Below, piece by piece: positions 8,624-15,238 of a stretch of 64,000 nt of DNA. The stretch covers positions 4,393 to 68,392 of the forward strand of contig JAGAEA010000047.1 in NCBI GenBank assembly GCA_017613355.1. Reading direction: 5' to 3'. The translations under genes and the position numbers were made by a program. Below the pieces are notes generated by a model. It did no database searches. It was not told the DNA's origin and saw nothing but the letters and a program-made list of their open reading frames with translations. Source of the DNA: Clostridia bacterium (GTDB lineage Bacteria; Bacillota; Clostridia; Oscillospirales; CAG-272). Each line of letters starts with the position of its first letter. Positions within the stretch are counted from its first letter, which is position 1.

Positions 8624-8634
8624 CGATTTGTCAA
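8606..8634 (-). promoter_or_regulatory. Consensus promoter for the AlbA_2-mod-res-SEC-C cluster
   Basis: The minus strand reads ttgaca aatcgaatcaaatcata tataat. The -35 is at 8629-8634, the -10 at 8606-8611, with a 17-nt spacer. Confidence 0.6.
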
Positions 8635-8749
8635 TAGGATTCTCAAATTTCCTATTATAAAATTAATCCTGTGGCATTGATATTGTTTTTATTGGTGTTT
8701 GCTTTTTATAGTAGATTACATTGGCTTTTGAATAATCATCGGGATGAAA

Positions 8750-8787
8750 TATAAAAAGCAGGGACTTGAAACAATCCAAGTCCCTGC
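8750..8787 (-). terminator. Orphan rho-independent terminator oriented for the minus strand
   Basis: gcagggacttg (8758-8768) pairs with caagtccctgc (8777-8787), 11 bp perfect. On the minus strand it is followed by UUUUUAUAUUU. No annotated minus-strand gene lies upstream of it. Confidence 0.5.
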
Positions 8788-8972
8788 TTGTTAACCGTTT
8801 GAAAGTGCAAATTCTTATTTGATTTTATTTTTTCAAAAAATCCCTATGGGACTTGCGCTTTGTCAAGCTTTTTTGCTTTGTTTTCGAAACAAGTTTGCGC
8901 GTAAATGTTGGTTAAACAGATGGAAAAATGTATTGCTCCGTTTTTGCGTGTTGCCAGTTAACTAGCGGTGTA

Positions 8973-9001
8973 TTGACAATTTGCCCCTCATATGGTATAA
9001 T
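8973..9001 (+). promoter_or_regulatory. Consensus promoter (TTGACA-17-TGgTATAAT) for the protease cassette
   Basis: ttgaca atttgcccctcatatgg tataat. The -35 is at 8973-8978 and the -10 at 8996-9001. Confidence 0.65.
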
Positions 9002-9033
9002 ATTATTATATTTGAATGAGGGAGGGGAAAATT

Positions 9034-10017
9034 GTGGCAAATTTTACAAAGATTCAATCTCAGTATGACAATGATTGCAACAATCTTATTAGTGCTTTTT
9101 TTGCAACTAATAAGAACTCTGATCCTAACTACATTAACCAAGAAATAAATAAAATTCGAGCGACTACAATCAGTAAATTAAGAACAACTTACGTTTCTGA
9201 ATTATCCAAATATACTGGTAGAAACACCATTGTTTATTATTCCACATTTCTTCAAGGGAATATGATGTCAACCAACCCAGAATTGATGATTAACGACAAC
9301 GATATGAATGGGTTGATGAATGCAGTGAGTGGATTAGACAAGAAAAAAGGACTAGACTTAATTTTACACACTCCGGGTGGTATAACAACCGCAACTGAAG
9401 CAATTGTAAAGTATTTGCGCAAATGTTTCAATAGCGATATTCGCGTTATCGTCCCTCATCTGGCTATGTCTGCAGGCACAATGATCGCTTGCTCTGCAAA
9501 AGAAATCATTATGGGAAAAGAATCTAGTTTAGGGCCAATAGATCCTCAATATCGCAATGTCCCGGCGGAGGGCGTTATTGACGAATTCAATAGGGCTGTA
9601 AAAGAAATTCAAGCCGCCCCTCAAAAAGCGCTTGTTTGGAAAGAAATTATCTCTCAATATAGGCCTACATTTTTAGGCGAATGCCAATATGCAATTGATC
9701 TTTCAAGAAACTTGGTTACGGAATGGTTGTCTACTTGTATGTTTAAAAGCAACAAGAAGCGAGAAGCAAAGGTTGGCTGCATAGTAAATGGTTTAGCGTC
9801 TCATTCTTCATCAAAAATGCATGATAAGCATTACGATTTTGAAGATTGTAAAAAAATAGGTTTAAAAGTTATTGCATTAGAAAAAGATTCTAATCTTCAA
9901 GACCTTGTTCTTTCCATTCATCATTCATATGTATTAAGTTCTTATGTTTTGCCTGGAACGTTAAAATACATAGAAAACAATAATGTGCAAACATTTGTTA
10001 TTTCTGGAAACAAATAA
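9034..10017 (+). CDS. SDH-family / SppA-ClpP-fold serine protease
   Basis: LILHTPGGITTATEAIVKYLR...VIVPHLAMSAGTMIACSAKEIIMGKESSLGPIDPQ is the Clp/SppA-fold signature, with the nucleophile Ser in AMSAGT. The GTG at 9034 sits 6 nt after GGGAGGGG. The ORF-track ATG at 9016 lies inside the RBS. Confidence 0.75.
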   Translation: MANFTKIQSQYDNDCNNLISAFFATNKNSDPNYINQEINKIRATTISKLRTTYVSELSKYTGRNTIVYYSTFLQGNMMSTNPELMINDNDMNGLMNAVSGLDKKKGLDLILHTPGGITTATEAIVKYLRKCFNSDIRVIVPHLAMSAGTMIACSAKEIIMGKESSLGPIDPQYRNVPAEGVIDEFNRAVKEIQAAPQKALVWKEIISQYRPTFLGECQYAIDLSRNLVTEWLSTCMFKSNKKREAKVGCIVNGLASHSSSKMHDKHYDFEDCKKIGLKVIALEKDSNLQDLVLSIHHSYVLSSYVLPGTLKYIENNNVQTFVISGNK

Positions 10018-10028
10018 GGTGGTTTTGT

Positions 10029-10223
10029 ATGAATAATTTAGATAAGAATATTGAAATAGCTTTAAATGCCGGCCTGTTTTCTCAACCTGAAAATGAGACC
10101 GCAAATGAAAATATAATTTTTGACACTTATGGGAATTATTGCTTCCCGACAGATTTTTCAAGCAATGAGAAAAATTCGATTCTTTCTGTTTCACAAGTAA
10201 CTATTCCTGCGGTTTCAAAATAG
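10029..10223 (+). CDS. Small acidic hypothetical protein (64 aa) co-transcribed with the protease
   Basis: ATG lies 11 nt after the protease stop, with an AAGGTGG RBS. No TM segment and no recognisable motif. The terminator follows. Confidence 0.45.
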   Translation: MNNLDKNIEIALNAGLFSQPENETANENIIFDTYGNYCFPTDFSSNEKNSILSVSQVTIPAVSK

Positions 10224-10283
10224 TTTTGTTATTTAAACTCAACAACGAGTTCAATGAGAGCATCACTCGTCCCGCCATAAAAG

Positions 10284-10319
10284 AAACCTCTTTTGTCGTG
10301 GTAGACAAAAGAGGTTTTT
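10284..10319 (+). terminator. Rho-independent terminator of the protease cassette
   Basis: aaacctcttttgtc / gacaaaagaggttt stem with a 6-nt loop, then a T-run. Confidence 0.75.
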
Positions 10320-10363
10320 CCTTGCATTTTGGGCAAAAATCGGGCAAATATAGGCAAAATTTG

Positions 10364-10405
10364 GCTTTCGGACGGTGGATCATCCGTCCGAAAGCCCGAT
10401 TTTTT
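10364..10405. terminator. Second hairpin/terminator at the island-core junction
   Basis: gctttcggacgg (10364-10375) pairs with ccgtccgaaagc (10384-10395), 12 bp perfect, followed by ccgattttttc. Confidence 0.5.
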
Positions 10406-10608
10406 CATTTCAGGACGCGAAAACAGTCAAAAAATGCTGTACTGCCCGCCACCGATTTGTCGAGGAACGCTTCTACAACGCACCAATCAACCGTTCGTTG
10501 AAAAAATCTACCGTTTTTCAACAGCGCGGTTATTGTATTGCGGCAGGAGAAGTGTTATAATAAACGCAGAACAAGCGCTTGTTACTTTCATTTTCGAGGG
10601 AGAAAACT

Positions 10609-11679
10609 ATGAACATTTTATTGAGTGTGCAATTAAAAAAACTCCGCAAGGAAAGAGGCAATACGCAGGAGGATCTTGCGAACTATCTCGGCATTTCCAC
10701 GCAGGCAGTTTCCAAATGGGAGCGTGATGAAGGATACCCGGATATCACGCTCCTCCCGGCGATCGCGTCCTATTACAACATCAGTGTGGACGATCTACTC
10801 GGCGTGGGTGAAATCGAGAAAGAGAAAAAGTTGCTTGCATACCGTGAAAAAAACAATGAACTGTTTCGCGACGGAAAAAACTCAGATCGGGTGGTGCTAT
10901 GGAGAGAAGCCCAAAAGGAGTTCCCGAACGATCTGTCCGTGCTTTACGATCTGATGTACGCTTTGTCCGCGGCGGATCAAAACGCAAACGCTGACGAGAT
11001 CATTGCTTGCGGAGAGAGGATATTAGATGAATCCACGGATCAATCTTTGCGCGGCGGCGCGGTCCAATGCTTATGCTTCACCTATTACTATGCCAAAAAG
11101 GATGCGGAGTCGGCAAAGAAATACGCAAATATGGCGGACGGTTATTCGGTCACGGTCGATGAAATGATGCCGCGCATTCTGGAAGGAGAGGAAGCGGTCC
11201 GATATTGTCAGTTCAACATACAACATCTTTTTGATATGGTCGGATTGAACGTGCGTATCATGTGTCAAAAGGGCGATTATTCGCCGGAGGAGCATATCAA
11301 AGCGCGCGAATTTCTTATTCATTGCTTCGATCTGCTTTATCCGGACGGAAACTGCGGTTTTTATCACTGCCGATATTCGGAGATCTATCGGGAAATGGCG
11401 GCAAACTATTTAAAGCTTAACGACGCGGTAAATATGTTTAAGTATCTTGAAAAATCTGCTGAGCACGCGATCAGGTATGATACGCTGAAGGATGGACAGT
11501 TCACTTCTTTCTTCGTAAGTCGGATCGATTTTTCTTCCATACATGCGGTCAAGGATTATACTGAAAATCAATCGGGTTTGCTTTTGAAATCCTTGAAAGG
11601 AGAGAAGTTCAAACAGTTTGAAAAGGATCTCCGCATGGCGAAGATCGTTAATATGCTGACACCCGTGGCGATTTTCTGA
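10609..11679 (+). CDS. XRE-family HTH plus TPR-like domain regulator (RRNPP-like architecture)
   Basis: N-terminal [60 protein letters not shown], then a ~280-aa helical repeat-like region. GAGGGAG RBS before the ATG at 10609. Promoter TTGTAT-17-TGtTATAAT at 10533-10561. Confidence 0.8.
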   Translation: MNILLSVQLKKLRKERGNTQEDLANYLGISTQAVSKWERDEGYPDITLLPAIASYYNISVDDLLGVGEIEKEKKLLAYREKNNELFRDGKNSDRVVLWREAQKEFPNDLSVLYDLMYALSAADQNANADEIIACGERILDESTDQSLRGGAVQCLCFTYYYAKKDAESAKKYANMADGYSVTVDEMMPRILEGEEAVRYCQFNIQHLFDMVGLNVRIMCQKGDYSPEEHIKAREFLIHCFDLLYPDGNCGFYHCRYSEIYREMAANYLKLNDAVNMFKYLEKSAEHAIRYDTLKDGQFTSFFVSRIDFSSIHAVKDYTENQSGLLLKSLKGEKFKQFEKDLRMAKIVNMLTPVAIF

Positions 11680-11706
11680 CTTTCCCGTAATCTCCGTTTT
11701 CAAGTG

Positions 11707-11739
11707 GGCAAAAGGGCGTGCACCGTGCGCCCTTTTGCC
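11707..11739 (+). terminator. Terminator after the HTH-TPR gene
   Basis: ggcaaaagggcg / cgcccttttgcc stem with a 9-nt loop. Confidence 0.6.
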
Positions 11740-11842
11740 TCATTCGTCATAAACAAAGATACGCCGCGGGGGAAGGATCTGACGGCATGTATCATTATGG
11801 CGCTTTTAGTTGGGTTTATGTATCATTACGGCGGTCTTTCAC

Positions 11843-11885
11843 AACAAAAGCGCGTCTTTTGTTTATCAAAAGACGCGCTTTTGTT
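11843..11885. terminator. 18-bp perfect hairpin, terminator of the ABC remnant (bidirectional shape)
   Basis: aacaaaagcgcgtctttt (11843-11860) pairs with aaaagacgcgcttttgtt (11868-11885). Confidence 0.7.
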
Positions 11886-11895
11886 GGTTCTCCGT

Positions 11896-12291
11896 TCAGA
11901 GGACTTTGCTCAAAAAATCCTTGGTTCGGGGGTTCTTCGGGTTGCCGAAAAGTTCCTCGGGCGTTCCTTCCTCGGCAATTCCGCCGTCCGCCATGAACAG
12001 CACTCTGTCCGCAACTTCTCTCGCAAACCCCATTTCGTGGGTCACAATGACCATTGTCATTCCCTCTTTGGCAAGTTGCCGGATCAAATCCAACACTTCT
12101 CCCACCATTTCGGGATCGAGCGCCGACGTCGGTTCGTCGAACAGAATGACCTTGGGGTTCATTGCCAACGCACGAACGATCGCAATTCTTTGCTTCTGTC
12201 CGCCCGAAAGCGTCTGCTTTCGGGGGCTTTTGTCGTTTGCTGTCAAAATTGTAAACAATCTGCGAACGCGCAACATATTTTCCGCTCGGGC
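11896..12291 (-). pseudogene. 5'-truncated polar-amino-acid ABC transporter ATP-binding gene (GlnQ-like C-terminal half only)
   Basis: [104 protein letters not shown] carries the signature, Walker B and H-loop. No Walker A/N-terminal half is present; the upstream part of the ORF is unrelated sequence. Confidence 0.7.
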
Positions 12292-12364
12292 AACATTTAT
12301 ATATGGTGAGCAAACTTTCCCCGTTTGTTTATACATTCGGAACCCTTTGGAGGATATACGGAAA

Positions 12365-12589
12365 ATGGGATCGGCACAATACCGTTTGGCAGAGGAAACG
12401 GTCAAGTTGGAAGGAAATGATTGCAAGACATTCGGGATCATTGTCGAACAGGAAAAGAAGGAGGTTGCTTGGATCCATGACGTTTCCTGCGTTCGTGAAC
12501 GGATCGAATTACTGGTGAACCGCTGCAATCGTCTGCAACCGGACCCACTGCATCTTTTTGACGTGATTGAGGATTTCCTGATGGAATAA
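12365..12589 (+). CDS. Small hypothetical protein (74 aa)
   Basis: The ATG at 12365 is preceded by GGAGG. A strong GC hairpin terminator follows. The rest of the 259-aa track ORF upstream is antisense to the ABC remnant. Confidence 0.5.
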   Translation: MGSAQYRLAEETVKLEGNDCKTFGIIVEQEKKEVAWIHDVSCVRERIELLVNRCNRLQPDPLHLFDVIEDFLME

Positions 12590-12633
12590 AAAAGCACCGC
12601 CCCGCGAGATGATCTCGCGGGGCGGCACGCTTT
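12590..12633. terminator. Bidirectional GC-rich terminator between convergent genes
   Basis: ccgccccgcgaga / tctcgcggggcgg stem flanked by aaaagc and gctttt. Confidence 0.7.
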
Positions 12634-13056
12634 TCAATCTTCGGGACAACAGAAAGTGTAATAGGATCCGAGTTCTTCAAAATCCCGATAACTGCTGCAC
12701 CTGGCACAAGTGATCAGGTCTCCGATGGTTTCCAAGCACCTGGGATTTGTGGCGCGAACACAATGCTCTATGATCGTGATGGATTCCGATATCTTTTTAT
12801 GACCGAAGATGTTGCAAATGATATTTCCGGTTAGACCGCGTTGGGCGGCAACTTCTCTTTCATCATCGTGGAGAGCAAACGATTTTGCGATTGCAAGACG
12901 TTGCTTGGCGGTCAAAGAGGAGTTTTCCCCGAAGATCACGGTGATCTCGCCGTAATCGACAACGGTCGGGGCTTTGATCTGCGCGGCAGAAGGCGCAATC
13001 ATACATACGGCAACCAATAGTATAATTGCCAAAAAAAGTGAAACGACACGGTTCAT
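12634..13056 (-). CDS. Secreted cysteine-rich hypothetical protein (signal peptide)
   Basis: N-terminal MNRVVSLFLAIILLVAVCMIAPSAAQ looks like a signal peptide. The C-terminal 50 aa carry 7 Cys (HCVRATNPRCLETIGDLITCARCSSYRDFEELGSYYTFCCPED). ATGA overlap with the upstream gene. Confidence 0.6.
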   Translation of the reverse strand: MNRVVSLFLAIILLVAVCMIAPSAAQIKAPTVVDYGEITVIFGENSSLTAKQRLAIAKSFALHDDEREVAAQRGLTGNIICNIFGHKKISESITIIEHCVRATNPRCLETIGDLITCARCSSYRDFEELGSYYTFCCPED

Positions 13057-13895
13057 GATGGGTATTCCTTCATTTCCTGAATGATTTGTTTTAAGAATGT
13101 GATGCTGTCGGTTGATATCGTATATTCGCAGCCGCCGAACCGGCAGTACGCCTGAACGGTCTCTTCATCGAGATAATAGACAACGCCGTTTCCCGTGACG
13201 ACTTCGTATTGTTCGATATTCCCGTTTTCAAAGTTGTTCGTATTGTTGATAAAGATTTGCGTGCGATGGTTTTCAAAGAGGATCGCTATGGTTTTGACTC
13301 CGCCTTCTTTTTCGACAAAAGTGATCGACCCCGGTTTCATTTTGCTTTCCAAACCGACAGGGTATAGTATGTGCAGATTTTCGGCTTGGAGAAATGCGTT
13401 CACGGACTCGTATTCCTGTTTTTCCGCATTTTTGACCACGGTGATTGTTTCCCGATCCGATTTGCTTCCCTTCCGGATATTCCGAATCCACGTTGCGTTG
13501 TCATAGGCAAACTGCCATGCGGAACGATACCCCTTGGTATATGCGACTGCGGAAACCGTGAAAAGCAGAACCAGCATGATTGCCGCCGCAACGCCGACAA
13601 CTTTGAAAAAGCGTTTGCGGTGTTTTTTCCCTGCCGACGCTTTCTCCGCCGACGGTATCTGCGCAAAAACAATGCCGGAAGGATTTTCCGCGACCCGTGC
13701 GCGAATCGCTGCAAGTCGTTCCCCGATCTCTTCCGCAGTCAGCGAGTTCTCGTCCGCTTGCAGTTCGTCGAGGTAGGCGGTACATTCCGCAATCAGATCG
13801 TTGTCCGATTCATCGCTCGTTTTTTCCAATTCACACAAAATGATTTGATATAGCCATGAGATAGTTGCCTGACGGCTCATGCTACCCATATTCAT
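13053..13895 (-). CDS. Single-pass membrane protein, anti-sigma-factor-like (DUF4367-like C-terminal domain)
   Basis: Cytoplasmic acidic N-terminus, a TM segment FFKVVGVAAAIMLVLLFTVSAVAY, and an extracytoplasmic domain. It sits directly downstream of the sigma gene. Confidence 0.6.
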   Translation of the reverse strand: MNMGSMSRQATISWLYQIILCELEKTSDESDNDLIAECTAYLDELQADENSLTAEEIGERLAAIRARVAENPSGIVFAQIPSAEKASAGKKHRKRFFKVVGVAAAIMLVLLFTVSAVAYTKGYRSAWQFAYDNATWIRNIRKGSKSDRETITVVKNAEKQEYESVNAFLQAENLHILYPVGLESKMKPGSITFVEKEGGVKTIAILFENHRTQIFINNTNNFENGNIEQYEVVTGNGVVYYLDEETVQAYCRFGGCEYTISTDSITFLKQIIQEMKEYPS

Positions 13896-13991
13896 GTTGA
13901 ACCTTTCTTTTTGTTTTGTTACACACGAGGCTCACCTCCTCGTATGTTAATGTTTTATGCTGTCAAAATATGTCAGGTTTTCATAAAAAGT

Positions 13992-14504
13992 TCACAAATT
14001 ATGATTGGACAGACCCGGAAATCGCTTTGCGATCTTTTCCCGGATCCTATGCAATCGCAAACGGAGCGCGTTGACCGATACACCCATCATTTCCGAAATT
14101 TCCGAATAGGAGCGCCTATCAACCACAAGTCGGTGAAACAAAAGCCTTTCTTCCATTGAAAGGTTTTGTTCAATTTCAAAAATGTATTTATGATAACGAT
14201 CCAACGACTCCGAAGGCTCGTCCTCTGCGGGAAGTTTTTCCAAAAGCGTTTCTTCCATCGGAGCGGAAAGCTTTTTGCGGGTATAATTCCTTACAAAATT
14301 TCGCGCGACTTGGTGTAGCCATCCCAAAACGGCACTGTCGGAAGCAAAGTCGAGCCTCTCCCATTGTGTCATCAAAAGATAGAAAACATCGCTCGTAATG
14401 TCGTCCGCACCATGGAGATCGTTGTTCATCATGTGCAGGCAGAAGCGACGAATCGGTTCGTAAAATTGCGTGCAAAGGTCATTTAAGTATTGCGGGTCGT
14501 TCAT
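13992..14504 (-). CDS. Sigma-70 family (ECF-like) RNA polymerase sigma factor
   Basis: Region 2-like DDITSDVFYLLMTQWERL...WLHQVARNFVRNY and region 4 HTH RSYSEISEMMGVSVNALRLRLHRIREKI. Confidence 0.8.
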   Translation of the reverse strand: MNDPQYLNDLCTQFYEPIRRFCLHMMNNDLHGADDITSDVFYLLMTQWERLDFASDSAVLGWLHQVARNFVRNYTRKKLSAPMEETLLEKLPAEDEPSESLDRYHKYIFEIEQNLSMEERLLFHRLVVDRRSYSEISEMMGVSVNALRLRLHRIREKIAKRFPGLSNHNL

Positions 14505-14885
14505 TCATTTGGCATCCTTTTTCCGAAGCAGGAGTTCGCAGAACATTCTGGAAAGGTTGATCAGGGTCGTTCGATCCTTCGGTTCCAGTTGAACAAGCAT
14601 ATCATTCAATTCCGGGATTTTGAGGGTTTCGTCATAGCGGGTGCATCCGAACAGGAATTCGTCCACGGACATATCAAGAATTTTGACGAGGCGAAAGAAG
14701 TTCTGCGAAGAGGGAAAATTGATGCCTCTTTCCATGCAGCTGATGGATTTTGTGGTAATTTCAAGAATGTCGGCGACTTGTTGCTGAGTCAGTTTCTTTG
14801 CCTTTCTGCAGTTTCGGATATAATTTCCGAATGCCTGCATTTCTGCGTTGGGTTCCACGGGGTCATATGCGGCGATCGTTTTCAT
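14505..14885 (-). CDS. XRE-family HTH transcriptional regulator
   Basis: IRNCRKAKKLTQQQVADILEITTKSISCMERGINFPSSQNFFRLVKILDMSVDEFLFG. Its stop codon abuts the sigma start (TGAATG). Extended -10 TGaTATAAT at 14919-14927 (minus strand). Confidence 0.8.
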   Translation of the reverse strand: MKTIAAYDPVEPNAEMQAFGNYIRNCRKAKKLTQQQVADILEITTKSISCMERGINFPSSQNFFRLVKILDMSVDEFLFGCTRYDETLKIPELNDMLVQLEPKDRTTLINLSRMFCELLLRKKDAK

Positions 14886-15106
14886 GTCAACCCTCCGAAA
14901 GATATTTGATTTACCATTATTATATCACGAAAGGTTTTGCGCCGAAAACCCATTATCAGGTTCAGAATGGACGAAAAAGGTTCATTTTTTTACAAAAAAG
15001 GAAATTTTTGTCAAATGATAATGGAAACGGTCGAACGGATTTCTTCTTTTTTTACATTTTTGTCCATTTTTATTCATAAAAAGCGCTTCCGATCTTGCAA
15101 AAATCG

Positions 15107-15135
15107 TTGACAAAAACAAACAATTCGGCTATAAT
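15107..15135 (+). promoter_or_regulatory. Consensus promoter upstream of the MFS transporter, followed by a ~100-nt leader
   Basis: ttgaca aaaacaaacaattcggc tataat. Confidence 0.55.
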
Positions 15136-15238
15136 ATGGTTAGATCAAAACATCTGCGGCAAGACCGCGCCTTTGCCGACGGTCGCATATTGCAACCGTT
15201 TGCGAAATTTCACAAATTTACAGAAAAGGAGTCTCCCT

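Larger units (their letters stand above)
1..10320. other. AT-rich accessory (defence-type) island; left end outside window, right end near the terminator at 10284-10319
   Basis: Sampled 60-nt lines run about 25-45% G+C in 575-2962 and 9016-10223, and about 45-60% in res/mod. The core after ~10.4 kb is consistently GC-rich. Gene content is R-M, nuclease and protease. Three consensus TTGACA-N17-TATAAT promoters lie inside it. Confidence 0.7.

Noticed and set aside
10226-10727. ORFs 10226-10501, 10329-10727 and 10375-10560 in the junction region
   Set aside because: They overlap terminators and the repeat array, lack RBSs, and overlap one another in different frames. The HTH-TPR gene clearly starts at 10609.
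11704-12364. Plus-strand ORFs 11704-12309 and the first ~185 codons of 11810-12589
   Set aside because: They are antisense to the ABC ATPase remnant, whose conserved motifs identify the true ancestral frame. Only the last 74 codons (from the ATG at 12365, which has GGAGG) look like a real gene.
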